Source of the DNA: Ignavibacteriales bacterium
Lineage (GTDB): Bacteria; Bacteroidota; Ignavibacteria; UBA10030; BY39
DNA: 54,813 nucleotides
Reading direction: 5' to 3'
NCBI GenBank assembly: GCA_037443685.1
Contig: JBBINX010000007.1
Span: forward strand, 1 to 54,813
The notes beneath the pieces were generated by a model that ran no database searches, was not told the DNA's origin, and was given only the letters and a program-made list of their open reading frames with translations. The position numbers were made by a program, and so were the translations under genes. Of the stretch, positions 9,764 to 20,278 are shown one piece after another. How positions within the stretch are numbered: position 1 is the first letter of the stretch; every line of letters begins with the position of its first letter.

Positions 9764-10390
9764 TTACCCTATTTTATCTCTCACAGTCTTTAACACTTCT
9801 TCGCTTAATAATTTGTTCGTTCTAAAAATCGATTCGACTTCTTCTGTTTTCCATCCCACAAATTCGGGATCGTTGATTCCTGAAAGATTTATTTTTACGT
9901 TAAGCGTGGCGCCTTCGGCTGCAGCTTGCAGCATTAGTGCTGCAACGCCCGCATCGCTAACCGAATTTACATTTCCCTTTTCTGCTACAATTTTTGTTAA
10001 AGCTAATGCATCAACACAGTGCTTCATCACTTCTAAAGGTACTAACGCCGCCTCTTTAGTTGCCGATTGAATAGCCGCGCTTCTGATTGCTTTTTGAGAT
10101 TCGCTCTCTTTCGGCAGACCGAAAGATTCCATAACTTTGTTAAATACTTCGGTATCTTTGTCAATCAATTCGGTGAACCGCTGTCGAATATTTTCCGATT
10201 GTTCATGGACTTTTTTCATTTCGGTTTCAACCTCAGCGTATTTCTTTTTACCTATGGTCAAGTTACAGACCATTGATGTAAGTGCCGCACCTAAAGCTCC
10301 GGCTAAAGCTGCAACACTTCCACCACCGGGCGCCGGTGAATTGGAAGCAAGTTCATTCAAAAATTTTTCGACTGTTTTCTGTGTTAACAT
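9764..10390 (-). CDS. fchA: Formimidoyltetrahydrofolate cyclodeaminase (FTCD C-terminal domain)
   Basis: 'FLNELASNSPAPGGGSVAAL', 'GNVNSVSDAGVA', 'LNVKINL'. Confidence 0.9.
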   Translation of the reverse strand: MLTQKTVEKFLNELASNSPAPGGGSVAALAGALGAALTSMVCNLTIGKKKYAEVETEMKKVHEQSENIRQRFTELIDKDTEVFNKVMESFGLPKESESQKAIRSAAIQSATKEAALVPLEVMKHCVDALALTKIVAEKGNVNSVSDAGVAALMLQAAAEGATLNVKINLSGINDPEFVGWKTEEVESIFRTNKLLSEEVLKTVRDKIG

Positions 10391-10450
10391 TTCAATATTC
10401 CTTTATAATGATTTCAAGACGATTCAGTAAATTGATCTAGTTATAGTAAG

Positions 10451-10609
10451 GAGTTGTCCAAAAAAATGTTTCGACTTCGTTCTATTGTTCGACAAGCTCA
10501 GGATTTCACTACGCTCAACGTGACGCTATGAGCTGAATTTTAGTCATCCTCAGCGGCCTGTTTTAGGAGAGAGTCAAAGGGTGTTCCCTTTTGCTCTATT
10601 GGACAGCTC
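10451..10609. mobile_element. MITE-like element containing TTCGAC(A/T)..GCTCA repeat motifs
   Basis: Terminal inverted repeats GAGTTGTCCAA / TTGGACAGCTC (1 mismatch); internal 'ttcgacaagctcagg' and 'gtcatcctcagc' repeat-like halves; non-coding. Confidence 0.55.
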
Positions 10610-10648
10610 ATAATAAAGCTTAAAGTGTGTCCTAACCACTTTAGTGGT

Positions 10649-11692
10649 TTACAGCATAAATTCTATAATCTTCTTATACGGATCGAATACTTCAAACTGA
10701 CTTAAACCTAAATTCTGTATGGCTAAATAAATAAGGTCCATCTCAGATACGTTCAATTTTTTTATATTTTCGCCGATATAAAATTTTCCAGCTTCAAACA
10801 ATGCCTTTTGCGGTATCAGACCGACTATTTCGCTGCCGGTCACTTCTACACCCAACTTTGTTGCCTCTTTTTTTACTTCTTCAAAAGCGACGTGGGGTGG
10901 AGTAATATTGAAGTTCGTTAGATTAATTGATACTTGTGCCAAATTGAAACGTTCCAACAAAACCCCCATTGCCTTTGTTGCTTTTAATGAGCCGGGAATG
11001 TTCACAACCTTTCCCGTTTCATCTTTTACTACTTCTCCGGCTTCGTTCTTCATCGGTCTGCCGCTTTCACGAATACGGAGTGCAATTTCGTGTGCGATGT
11101 TCTTGTCGTTCGTTTTTAAATTTACATTGTAAGCAATTAGGAAAAATCTGGCGCCGGTTACAATCGCACCCGATTTCGGATTAAACTGATTCTCTCCTTC
11201 AACCGGAAAATCGGGAAACCAGTTTGCTGCTTTTAGTTTTTCGCTCAATCCTTCATATTCACCCTTGCGGATGTTTGCTAAGTTTTTTCTTTCGGGTTTT
11301 ATCGCAGCTTCTTCGTAAAGGTAAACCGGTATTTTAAGCTCTAAGGCGACTTGTTTTCCATACTCTTTCGAAAGCCGGATACAGTCATCCATCGATATAT
11401 TTGTAACTGGAATAAAGGGAACTACATCCACAGCGCCAAGACGCGGATGCTCACCCTTATGGTATCTCATGTCTATGAGCTCGGAGGCAGCTTTAGTTGA
11501 TCGAAAAGCGGCTTCTTTTACCGCATCAGGTTCACCGACAAAAGTAATTACAGTGCGATTATAATCTTTGTCAGGTTCTACGCTTAAAAGCTTTACGTTC
11601 TCTCTGGAATCGATACTTGCCGCAATTGCATCTATGATATTATGGTCTTGTCCTTCGCTAAAATTTGGTACGCATTCTACAATTTGTTTCAT
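10649..11692 (-). CDS. ftcD: Glutamate formimidoyltransferase
   Basis: 'ECVPNFSEG', 'NRTVITF', 'HKGEHPRLGAVDVVPFIP', 'IRKGEYEGL', 'GARFFLIAYNVNL', 'GSEIVGLIP'. Confidence 0.95.
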   Translation of the reverse strand: MKQIVECVPNFSEGQDHNIIDAIAASIDSRENVKLLSVEPDKDYNRTVITFVGEPDAVKEAAFRSTKAASELIDMRYHKGEHPRLGAVDVVPFIPVTNISMDDCIRLSKEYGKQVALELKIPVYLYEEAAIKPERKNLANIRKGEYEGLSEKLKAANWFPDFPVEGENQFNPKSGAIVTGARFFLIAYNVNLKTNDKNIAHEIALRIRESGRPMKNEAGEVVKDETGKVVNIPGSLKATKAMGVLLERFNLAQVSINLTNFNITPPHVAFEEVKKEATKLGVEVTGSEIVGLIPQKALFEAGKFYIGENIKKLNVSEMDLIYLAIQNLGLSQFEVFDPYKKIIEFML

Positions 11693-11716
11693 CTAATTCT
11701 CTTTTTATTGTTATTA

Positions 11717-12979
11717 TTAAAATTCTAAAAGTACGCCATTTTTCACCACTCTATAAACATGGTTTTCACCGAAGTGATAAGGGAGAAATTTATAATTCGG
11801 AATATCCAAAATTATTACGTCGCCGCGTTTGCCAATATCTATGCTTCCAATTTCATCCGACAGGTTCAAAGCCGCCGCCGCATTAATTGTGGAAGCGGTA
11901 ATTACTTCTTCTGGCGACATCCGCATGTGTGTGCAAGCGATTGTCATCATCATCTGCATCGAATACGACATACATGAGCCAGGGTTGAAGTCGGATGCAA
12001 TTGCGACAGGAACGCCGTTGTCAATTATTTTTCTTGCCGGTGCGTATTGATGATTCAGGAAGAAAGAAACACCAGGTAGTAAAACGGCGACAACACCCGC
12101 TTGTTTAAGTGCTTCGATTCCATCATCCGAAATATGCTCGAGATGATCGGCGGATACAGCACCAATTCGTCCCGCTAACTCTGCGCCAGCAAACGAATTA
12201 AGCTCGTCTGCGTGAATTTTCGGAAGCAGTCCGAATTCCTTTCCTGTTTTCAAAATCTTCTCTGAATCCTCAACACTAAAATAGCCCTTTTCGCAAAATA
12301 CGTCGCAGAAGATTGCCAATTTTTTTTTGCTAATATATGGTATCATCTTCTCGCAAACTAATTTAACATATTTATCGGGTTGGTTTTTATGCTCAGGTGG
12401 AATCGCGTGCGCTCCTATAAACGTCGGAACGATATTTATGATTTCTTCGTCCTGAAGCTCTTTGATAACTTCCAACATTTTAATTTCTGTATCTATATTC
12501 AAGCCGTATCCACTTTTAATTTCCACAGTTGTAGTCCCTTGGCGCAGCATAGCATTCAAATATTTACGTGCGGGTTTTTTCAAATCTTTTTTTGATGCCG
12601 TGCGGGTATCCCGAACACTGCTTAAGATGCCTCCTCCTTTTTCAGAAATCTCCTGATACGTTGCGCCTGCAGACCGCATCGCAAATTCTTCTTCGCGACT
12701 TCCGCCGAAGATGAGATGCGTGTGCGGGTCCACGAAACCGGGCATCACGATTTTTCCGGAACAATCGAACTCGTCAATATTTTTGTCGCGGGCTACCGTC
12801 GACACCTCACTCATCTTACCGTACCACGAGATGCGCCCGTCTCGGATGATTAAAGCAGCGTTTTCGATAATACCGAAGTTACGCATTGCATCGCCGATGC
12901 GGGTTCGTTTTTGTTCAGGATGATCGCCCACCGATGAAACTGTTATGAGTTGTTTTATATTTGTTAATATTAGATTCAT
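11717..12979 (-). CDS. hutI: Imidazolonepropionase
   Basis: 'PGFVDPHTH', 'GTTTVEIKSGYGL', 'DVFCEKGYF', 'HADEL', 'SADHLE', 'ASDFNPGS'; start moved to ATG 12979. Confidence 0.95.
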   Translation of the reverse strand: MNLILTNIKQLITVSSVGDHPEQKRTRIGDAMRNFGIIENAALIIRDGRISWYGKMSEVSTVARDKNIDEFDCSGKIVMPGFVDPHTHLIFGGSREEEFAMRSAGATYQEISEKGGGILSSVRDTRTASKKDLKKPARKYLNAMLRQGTTTVEIKSGYGLNIDTEIKMLEVIKELQDEEIINIVPTFIGAHAIPPEHKNQPDKYVKLVCEKMIPYISKKKLAIFCDVFCEKGYFSVEDSEKILKTGKEFGLLPKIHADELNSFAGAELAGRIGAVSADHLEHISDDGIEALKQAGVVAVLLPGVSFFLNHQYAPARKIIDNGVPVAIASDFNPGSCMSYSMQMMMTIACTHMRMSPEEVITASTINAAAALNLSDEIGSIDIGKRGDVIILDIPNYKFLPYHFGENHVYRVVKNGVLLEF

Positions 12980-13101
12980 AAAACTTGTAAAAGATAATAA
13001 AATGAAGCGGATATTGCAAAAAGAGGAAACTGAATATTTTGTTTTGCCATCAAAAAAAGTTATCTTTTTATTGAGAACGAAAATATTTTGAAAGGATTTC
13101 A

Positions 13102-13770
13102 TTGTTCGAGCAACTTTATATTTTACCAATACTTTTATTTTCAGTTGTAATTCATGAAATAGCCCACGGTTATATGGCTCTACGATTGGGAGATTCAACC
13201 GCTAAAGATATGGGGCGCTTAACTCTAAATCCGGTACCACATATCGACCCAATTGGCTCAATTGTAGTCCCTCTTTTTTCTGTGTTAATGACAGGGCGTG
13301 TTTTTATAGCTTGGGCAAAACCGGTTCCTGTGAATCCTTTAAATTTCAGGAATTTTCAGCGGGACGATATTCTCGTTTCGGTTGTTGGACCAATGTCTAA
13401 CATACTGCTAGCTTTTGTTTGCACAATTTTGACAATAATTGTTCTACACCTACAGTCAACAATTCAAGCATTTAATTCTGAATTATTGCTTGAAACATGG
13501 CTTTTCTTATCAAAAATGTTTTATGGAGGGATCTTTCTAAATATAATTCTTGCTGTCTTTAATATGATTCCTATTCCTCCGTTAGACGGATCGCACGTCC
13601 TTGCATCGTTGCTGCCTGATTCGGTAAGTGATCAATTCCGCAGCATCGGTTTTTTTGGTATTTTTATCATTCTCTTTTTAATGCGTGTCGAAGGTTTCAG
13701 AACGATATTTTTCGGAATAATCGACACGATTGCTTTTCCATTCATGTTGTTATTAAAGGTATTCGCATAA
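13102..13770 (+). CDS. Site-2 protease (M50 intramembrane metalloprotease)
   Basis: HEIAH, 'GRLTLNP..HID', 'GPMSN', 'FNMIPIPPLDG'. Confidence 0.9.
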   Translation: MFEQLYILPILLFSVVIHEIAHGYMALRLGDSTAKDMGRLTLNPVPHIDPIGSIVVPLFSVLMTGRVFIAWAKPVPVNPLNFRNFQRDDILVSVVGPMSNILLAFVCTILTIIVLHLQSTIQAFNSELLLETWLFLSKMFYGGIFLNIILAVFNMIPIPPLDGSHVLASLLPDSVSDQFRSIGFFGIFIILFLMRVEGFRTIFFGIIDTIAFPFMLLLKVFA

Positions 13771-13809
13771 TAGATTTTATAAATTTTCAAATCAAAATAA
13801 AAAGACGTT

Positions 13810-14811
13810 ATGAAACTTTATGATGTTGTAATTGTGGGAGCGACTGGATTAGTTGGAAGAAAAATCATTGAAGTGCTCGAAGAACGAAACTTTCCGGTTG
13901 GGAAATTACGTTTGCTTGCGACTGAAAAATCCCTCGGTGCGCAAATAGATTATAAGGGGAAAACTTATGATGTTGAAAAATTAACATCTGAGTCGTTTAA
14001 AGGATATGAGTTTGTATTTTTTTCTGCAGGTGGACCTATTAGTAAAGAGTACGCCCCCGTTGCTATCCGATCCGGTGCATTGGTGATAGACAACAGTAGT
14101 TTCTTTCGAATGGACGAAAATGTCCCGCTCGTTGTCCCCGAAGTAAACCCTAAACAGGTTCTCAAACATAGAGGTATAATCGCAAACCCGAATTGCTCGA
14201 CAATACAAATGGTAGTTGCGTTGAAACCGCTGCACGACAGATGGAAGATTAAAAGAATTGTAGTTGCAACTTACCAAGCGGTTACTGGCGCAGGTCAGTA
14301 CGCGATTAATCAGCTTGAAGGTGAACTACAAAATTTACCTGTGCGATACCAAAAATTTCCACACCCCATTGCTTATAACTGTCTGCCTCATATAGATATA
14401 TTTTACGATCACGGCTACACACGCGAAGAGTGTAAAATGGTGAATGAAACAAAAAAAATTATGGAAGACCCGACGTTAAAAATTACTGCAACTTGTGTGA
14501 GGGTTCCTACGATAGGCGGACATAGCGAAGTGGTAAATGTTGAATTCGAAAAGCACTTCGAAATTTCTGAAGTTAAAACAATCCTTGACACAGCACCGGG
14601 TATAATCGTTCAGGATAACCCTCAGCAAAATATTTATCCGATGCCGATTTGGGCTCACAACCGCGACGAAGTGTTTGTTGGAAGAATCCGTAAAGATGAA
14701 ACAGTGAAGAATGGACTCAATCTGTGGATAGTCTCGGATAATTTGAGAAAAGGTGCCGCAACAAATGCTGTTCAGATAGCGGAAGAATATATATTGAGAA
14801 AAGGTTCATGA
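13810..14811 (+). CDS. asd: Aspartate-semialdehyde dehydrogenase
   Basis: 'GATGLVG', 'DNSS.FRM...VPLVVPEVN', catalytic 'NPNCST', 'DNLRKGAA.NAVQIAE'. Confidence 0.97.
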   Translation: MKLYDVVIVGATGLVGRKIIEVLEERNFPVGKLRLLATEKSLGAQIDYKGKTYDVEKLTSESFKGYEFVFFSAGGPISKEYAPVAIRSGALVIDNSSFFRMDENVPLVVPEVNPKQVLKHRGIIANPNCSTIQMVVALKPLHDRWKIKRIVVATYQAVTGAGQYAINQLEGELQNLPVRYQKFPHPIAYNCLPHIDIFYDHGYTREECKMVNETKKIMEDPTLKITATCVRVPTIGGHSEVVNVEFEKHFEISEVKTILDTAPGIIVQDNPQQNIYPMPIWAHNRDEVFVGRIRKDETVKNGLNLWIVSDNLRKGAATNAVQIAEEYILRKGS

Positions 14812-16640
14812 AAAAACCATTTCGCGAAAGATTAAAAGATGGACCAATACTATGCGACGGCGCGATGGGAACGGTTCTCGATTTATACGAATACGATGAG
14901 ATGCCGCATGAAATACAAAACCTCAAAAATCCGGATATTGTTGAACGGATTCACCGGGAGTATGTTGAAGCCGGTTCAGAAATTATCGAAACAAACACAT
15001 TTTCGGCAAATCGCTACCGTCTCGCTGAATATCATCTCGAAGATAAAATAAAAGAAATAAATCTAAAAGGTGTAGAAATTGCCCGCCGAGCTGCAAGTGA
15101 TACTGTTTACGTAGGGGGGGCAATCGGTCCAACAGGCAGACTTCTCGAACCAATCGGCAAAGTAAAACGGCAGGAAATTCGCGATGCATTCAAAGAGCAA
15201 ACCGAATATTTACTCGAAGGCGGTATTGATTTGATTATGCTTGAAACTTTTGTGAGCACGCAAGAGCTCGATGAAGCAATCGAAGCAGTAAAATCGTTAA
15301 CTGACGTTCCGCTTGTTGCTCAAAAAGCATTTTCCGAAGACGGCTCGATACTTGCAGGTGATTATCCTATCGAGGTCATGGAACATATCGTTGCAAAAGG
15401 TGCAGACATCGTAGGTGCAAATTGCACTGTCGGTCCCCAGCGCATGTTCTCGATTATCAGAAGCATATATAAAGAAGGTGTTATCCTTTCGGCACAGCCG
15501 GCTGCAGGAATTCCAACCTTACAAGACGGTCGCTCCATTTACCATACATCGCCCGAATACTTGTCGGCTCATGCACGTGAACTCATTGAAAGCGGAGTAA
15601 CCCTGATCGGTGCTTGTTGCGGTTCAACACCAGCACACATTAGAGCAATTAGAGATGCGATTAAAGACGTTAAAGTCAATAAAATCGAAATTAAATCTTT
15701 GGCGAAAACTGAACTTCCTACTGTTTCAGCAAACGAGCTACTTTATTATAAAGAAAAATTCAAGCGGTCTAAATTTGCACGCAACATCGGAAAAAAAATT
15801 CTGACTTCTGTAGAACTTGATATTCCGCGTGGCTTAGATATGCGCTCGGTTTTAGAAAGCGCTCAAAAATTACATGAGTTTGGTATCGATGCAGTTAATA
15901 TCACAGATGGCGCTCGAGCACGACTACGGATGAGCCCGATTGCAATATCTCAATTATTAGCTCAGAAGGTTGGTATCGAAACAATCACTCACCTTGCGAC
16001 GCGCGACAGGAACATGATTAGCTTACAAGCCGAACTTCTCGGCGCTCACGCTCTCGGAATCAAAAACTTACTCTGTATCACCGGCGACCCAACTCATATC
16101 GGAGATTATCCGCAAGCGACCAGTGTTTTTGATATTGACTCAATCGGTTTAATTCGCGCTGTTAGTTCAATGAACCGCGGTACAGATTTAATGGGACATA
16201 CTATTGGTGAACCGACATCTTTCTTAATCGCCTGTGCGGCTAACCCAAAGGCCTTTGACATAGAAAGAGAACTTGAGCGGCTTGATATGAAAATTGAATC
16301 TGGTGCAGAAATAATTTTCACTCAACCACTGTTCGAGTTACAAACTCTGGAACAATTTCTTAAAAGGATAGAACATTTGCATCTGCCTTTAATGTTAGGT
16401 ATTTTACCTCTGCGTAGTTACCGGCATGCAGATTTCCTTCATAATGAAATTCCGGGAATAAGTATTCCTGAGAACATAAGAGAAAAAATGCGTTCAGCTG
16501 GAAATGAAGCGGCAAAAGTTGGCGTTAAGCTCTCAAAAGAATTTCTCAAAGAAGCAAAACATATTGTGCAGGGTGTTTATATAATGCCGCCATTCGGAAA
16601 ATATAATGTGGTAATGGAGTTGATGGAAGTCGTAAGATAA
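14808..16640 (+). CDS. yitJ: Bifunctional homocysteine S-methyltransferase / methylenetetrahydrofolate reductase
   Basis: 'DGAMGT', 'ETNTF.AN', 'GANC..GP', 'GACCG.TP.HI', then an MTHFR domain ('NITDG', 'RDRN', 'TGDP', 'TQP.F'). Confidence 0.92.
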   Translation: MKKPFRERLKDGPILCDGAMGTVLDLYEYDEMPHEIQNLKNPDIVERIHREYVEAGSEIIETNTFSANRYRLAEYHLEDKIKEINLKGVEIARRAASDTVYVGGAIGPTGRLLEPIGKVKRQEIRDAFKEQTEYLLEGGIDLIMLETFVSTQELDEAIEAVKSLTDVPLVAQKAFSEDGSILAGDYPIEVMEHIVAKGADIVGANCTVGPQRMFSIIRSIYKEGVILSAQPAAGIPTLQDGRSIYHTSPEYLSAHARELIESGVTLIGACCGSTPAHIRAIRDAIKDVKVNKIEIKSLAKTELPTVSANELLYYKEKFKRSKFARNIGKKILTSVELDIPRGLDMRSVLESAQKLHEFGIDAVNITDGARARLRMSPIAISQLLAQKVGIETITHLATRDRNMISLQAELLGAHALGIKNLLCITGDPTHIGDYPQATSVFDIDSIGLIRAVSSMNRGTDLMGHTIGEPTSFLIACAANPKAFDIERELERLDMKIESGAEIIFTQPLFELQTLEQFLKRIEHLHLPLMLGILPLRSYRHADFLHNEIPGISIPENIREKMRSAGNEAAKVGVKLSKEFLKEAKHIVQGVYIMPPFGKYNVVMELMEVVR

Positions 16641-16660
16641 AATAAAGATTATATAATAAA

Positions 16661-17437
16661 TTGAGCACAAACAAATCTTCATATATTAATGCAATAATTG
16701 ACGTTTGCCACCGCTTATACAATAAGGGGTTCGTCTCAGCAAATGACGGCAATGTAAGTATCCGTCTTCAATCGATAGAATCGGGGCCTGATAGCTGTAC
16801 ATTTCTTACAACCCGTACAGGTATTAACAAAGGATTGGTAACACCTGATGATATCATCGAAGTAGACAATGACGGAAGAGTTGTGTCTGGTATTCACTCC
16901 CCCTCGACAGAGCTTGCAATGCATCTCTATATTTATTCAAAGCGTCAGGATGTGAATGCAGTTGTTCACGCACACCCGCCTTACGCAACAGGATTTGCGA
17001 CTGCTCGACAACCGTTAACCGGCTGCTTATATCCCGAAGTAATTGTTGGACTTGGCGCTATTCCACTGGCAGAATATGGAACACCTTCAACAATCGAAGT
17101 AATTAAATCAATTAAACCGTTTGTGAATCGCGCCGATGCAATACTACTTGCGAACCATGGAGTCGTAACCTACGGCAAAGATCTGTTGGATGCATACTTC
17201 AAGATGGAAAAAGTGGAACACGCAGCACATATTACTTTTGTTGCAAGAATGTTAGGAGGTGAGAAGTTGCTCTCAAAAGAAGACGTGGAAAAATTGAAAG
17301 CAATAAGCATACAAAGCTATGGGAAAGATTTAACAAAAAAAATCTCCTGTCAATTTGCTGATAATGAAAATTCCAAAATGAAAACAGAAGAAGACACTAA
17401 AGAATTCATCAGAAAAGTATTAAACAATCGTGAATAG
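16661..17437 (+). CDS. Class II aldolase/adducin family protein (FucA-like)
   Basis: 'DGNVSIR', 'PSTELAMH', 'AVVHAHPP', 'LLANHG'. Confidence 0.88.
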   Translation: MSTNKSSYINAIIDVCHRLYNKGFVSANDGNVSIRLQSIESGPDSCTFLTTRTGINKGLVTPDDIIEVDNDGRVVSGIHSPSTELAMHLYIYSKRQDVNAVVHAHPPYATGFATARQPLTGCLYPEVIVGLGAIPLAEYGTPSTIEVIKSIKPFVNRADAILLANHGVVTYGKDLLDAYFKMEKVEHAAHITFVARMLGGEKLLSKEDVEKLKAISIQSYGKDLTKKISCQFADNENSKMKTEEDTKEFIRKVLNNRE

Positions 17438-17450
17438 TGAGTATAGAATC

Positions 17451-18575
17451 ATGAAGAAAAAAATTAGGATTGGAATAATCTTCGGTGGCAGGTCTGCCGA
17501 ACACGAGGTATCGCTCGTATCTGCAACCTCGGTAATTGATGCACTCGATAAGAAGAGGTATGAGATCGTTCAAATCGGTATCACACTCGACGGACAATGG
17601 ATTAGCTCTACCGACGCACTCAGTATTTTAAAAATTAGAAAGAATATTAACAAGCAAACGCAAAATATTATTATACCCGACCCGAACCACCGCTCTTTGG
17701 TAAAACTGTTCGCGAGGAAAAAAAATGAAGAAAAACTCGATGTCGTTTTCCCTGTTCTTCACGGAACATTCGGTGAAGATGGAACGATGCAGGGATTACT
17801 TGAGATGGCAAATATACCGTATATTGGCGCCGGAGTTCTCGCTTCATCAGTTGCGATGGATAAAATTGTAGCTCGCCGGTTATACGAATCTGCCGGTATT
17901 CCAGTAACTCATGATATCTGGTTTTTATGGAAAGATTATCAAAATTCGAAGATTAGAATTATTGAAAAGATTGAGAAAGCATTATTATACCCCTGTTTTG
18001 TGAAGCCCGCTAACTCTGGTTCAAGTGTTGGCACCTCGAAGGCGCACAACCGCAGAGAACTTCTCAAAGCAATAAAACTTGCCGGCGAGTACGACAGAAA
18101 AATTTTGGTAGAGAAGTCGGTCGAAAATGCTCGTGAGATAGAAGTAAGTGTGTTGGGAAATGACGATCCGATTGTTTCCGTACCAGGGGAAATTATTTCT
18201 TCAAATGAATTTTACGATTACAATGCAAAGTACGTTGATGGAAAATCACGGACCGAAATTCCTGCCAAGTTGCCTATAAATATTGTAAAAAAAATACAGG
18301 AATACGCAATTCGAGGATTCAAAGCGATTGATTGTTCGGGTATGGCCCGTGCAGATTTCCTTGTCGAAAGCAAAACAAACAATATATACCTCAACGAACT
18401 AAACACGATACCCGGCTTTACATCAATAAGTATGTATCCAAAACTTTGGGAAGCGTCGGGAATTCCGTATCCAAAAATACTCGATAGATTGATCGAGCTT
18501 GCATTTGAACGACATGAAGAGAAAGCAAAATTAAAAACTGCTTATAAACCGAAATCAAATTGGTATAAGAGTTAA
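17451..18575 (+). CDS. ddl: D-alanine--D-alanine ligase
   Basis: '[11 protein letters not shown]', 'LHGTFGEDG', '[11 protein letters not shown]', '[14 protein letters not shown]'; alternative GTG start at 17430. Confidence 0.96.
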   Translation: MKKKIRIGIIFGGRSAEHEVSLVSATSVIDALDKKRYEIVQIGITLDGQWISSTDALSILKIRKNINKQTQNIIIPDPNHRSLVKLFARKKNEEKLDVVFPVLHGTFGEDGTMQGLLEMANIPYIGAGVLASSVAMDKIVARRLYESAGIPVTHDIWFLWKDYQNSKIRIIEKIEKALLYPCFVKPANSGSSVGTSKAHNRRELLKAIKLAGEYDRKILVEKSVENAREIEVSVLGNDDPIVSVPGEIISSNEFYDYNAKYVDGKSRTEIPAKLPINIVKKIQEYAIRGFKAIDCSGMARADFLVESKTNNIYLNELNTIPGFTSISMYPKLWEASGIPYPKILDRLIELAFERHEEKAKLKTAYKPKSNWYKS

Positions 18576-18587
18576 GAAGCAAACCAG

Positions 18588-19526
18588 TTATTTTATCGCG
18601 TTCTTAATAAAACCTTTTGCTTTTATTAAAAGTTTTTGGGCTTTATTTTTATCTACATTTTTTATAATCATAACAATTGCTGTTTTTACGTGTCCGTGAG
18701 CTTTTTTTAAATATTTTTCTGCTCCGTCGTAATCAATTCCTGTAGTCATTATTAAAACTCGCTTTGCCCGCTCTTCTAATTTGCGGCTATTCATTTTAAG
18801 GTCAACCATCATATTGCCATAGACTTTGCCGAGCTGAATCATTGTTGTGGTTGTTAGCATATTCAAAACTAATTTCTGAGCTGTTCCGGATTTCATACGG
18901 GTTGAACCCATTATCACCTCGGGACCAACATTAGGACAAATAGCAACATCGATTGACTTATTAAGATTTGAAAATATTTTTTGCTTTAGTAGCGACCTTG
19001 GATTGGTTGTAATCATAATTGTCACAGCTCCGACCGATTTTGCATACTCGAGTCCTGCACACACAAATGGAGTCCGGAAACTTGCAGCAATACCACACAC
19101 AATATCTTTATTAGATATTTTTAATTTTTGTAAAGATTTAATTGCTTCATCGCGTTGATCTTCTGAGCCTTCTTTCGAGCGGAACACAGCTTTTTTACCA
19201 CCGGCAATTATTGCTCGTACTAGTTCGGTGTTAGTTCCGTAGGTAGGCGGAATTTCAACTGCATCTAAAACGCCTAAGCGGCCGCTTGTACCAGCGCCAA
19301 TATAAATAAGTCGCCCACCTGATTTGAGCGATTTGACAATGAGTTTAACCGCCTTAGCAATATGCTTAATTTCTTTTCTAATCACGGTAGGAACGGTTGT
19401 ATCTTCTTTATTTATTACTCGAAGAATATCTTCTGTCGATAAACTATCGATATTATGAGACGACGAGTTGCTTTTCTCTGTAGAGAGTAAGCTAAGCTGT
19501 TTTAATAGGTTGTTTTTAGCTAACAT
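18588..19526 (-). CDS. murQ: N-acetylmuramic acid 6-phosphate etherase
   Basis: 'GAGTSGRLGVLDAVE', 'GPEVIMGSTRMKSGTAQKLVLNM', 'GKVYGNMMVD'. Confidence 0.95.
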   Translation of the reverse strand: MLAKNNLLKQLSLLSTEKSNSSSHNIDSLSTEDILRVINKEDTTVPTVIRKEIKHIAKAVKLIVKSLKSGGRLIYIGAGTSGRLGVLDAVEIPPTYGTNTELVRAIIAGGKKAVFRSKEGSEDQRDEAIKSLQKLKISNKDIVCGIAASFRTPFVCAGLEYAKSVGAVTIMITTNPRSLLKQKIFSNLNKSIDVAICPNVGPEVIMGSTRMKSGTAQKLVLNMLTTTTMIQLGKVYGNMMVDLKMNSRKLEERAKRVLIMTTGIDYDGAEKYLKKAHGHVKTAIVMIIKNVDKNKAQKLLIKAKGFIKNAIK

Positions 19527-19572
19527 ATGATTAATTGAGCAGGCGTATGTGTGTTGATGCTTTGTGAATTGT

Positions 19573-20256
19573 TTAAAAGTTTACAATAATTACTTTTTTA
19601 TCTCGCAATGCTTTGCTGCTCGTTCCGGCAACAAATATATCTTTAATTATCATTTCTCTATACTTACCATAAAGTTGAGCTTGTTTTAATTCGTTCACTA
19701 AGTCTCCCCCTTTTAGCACGACGAGGGTAGAACTAATATTGCTTGTACTATATTTTTTTACAAATGGGTACGACCATTTAATCAAATCTTTTAATGGGGC
19801 TACTGCTCGACTTAGAATGATATCGTAATGGTTTACATGTTCTTTATTTAAATTTTCAACACGAGACCAAATAGCACTTGTATTTTTCAATTCAAGTTTA
19901 GAAATAAATTCGTTTATAGCGTTGATCTTTTTTTTAATAGAATCAACGAGTGTTAAATTGATTTCGGGTAACAGAATTTTTATAGGTATTCCGGGTAAAC
20001 CACCACCAGTTCCTAAGTCAAGTATTAAAGCTTTTCGGGGAAAGCTCACATTAAGAATAATCGAAACCGAGTGGATAATATGATTTTCCCATATATTATC
20101 TATATCTTTCCTGGAAATTAAATTAACAACATTATTTTTTTGTAAAAGTAAATTAACATACGCTTCCATTTGATCGAGTTGAGTATTATTAACTTCGATA
20201 CCATTTAGTTCTGCAATTTTCTTAAAATAAAGTTTGTCTTGAATAATATTTTCCAT
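19573..20256 (-). CDS. rsmG: 16S rRNA m7G527 methyltransferase
   Basis: 'NLISR', 'HIIHS', 'DLGTGGGLPGIP', 'SRAV', 'LKG'; downstream of mnmG. Confidence 0.93.
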   Translation of the reverse strand: MENIIQDKLYFKKIAELNGIEVNNTQLDQMEAYVNLLLQKNNVVNLISRKDIDNIWENHIIHSVSIILNVSFPRKALILDLGTGGGLPGIPIKILLPEINLTLVDSIKKKINAINEFISKLELKNTSAIWSRVENLNKEHVNHYDIILSRAVAPLKDLIKWSYPFVKKYSTSNISSTLVVLKGGDLVNELKQAQLYGKYREMIIKDIFVAGTSSKALRDKKVIIVNF

Positions 20257-20261
20257 AAGTT

Positions 20262-20277
20262 CGTTTCACGTGGAACT
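20262..20277. promoter_or_regulatory. parS site (ParB binding)
   Basis: cGTTTCACGTGGAACt matches TGTTNCACGTGAAACA and sits in the 22-bp rsmG/mnmG gap. Confidence 0.8.
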
Positions 20278-20278
20278 A

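Noticed and set aside
12910-12935. Possible palindrome-derived insert 'GDHPEQ' in HutI
   Set aside because: The DNA is not convincingly palindromic, and this loop cannot be judged without an alignment.
12980-13198. N-terminal extension of the 493-aa hutI ORF
   Set aside because: It overlaps the divergent site-2 protease gene and promoter gap; HutI similarity starts at ATG 12979.
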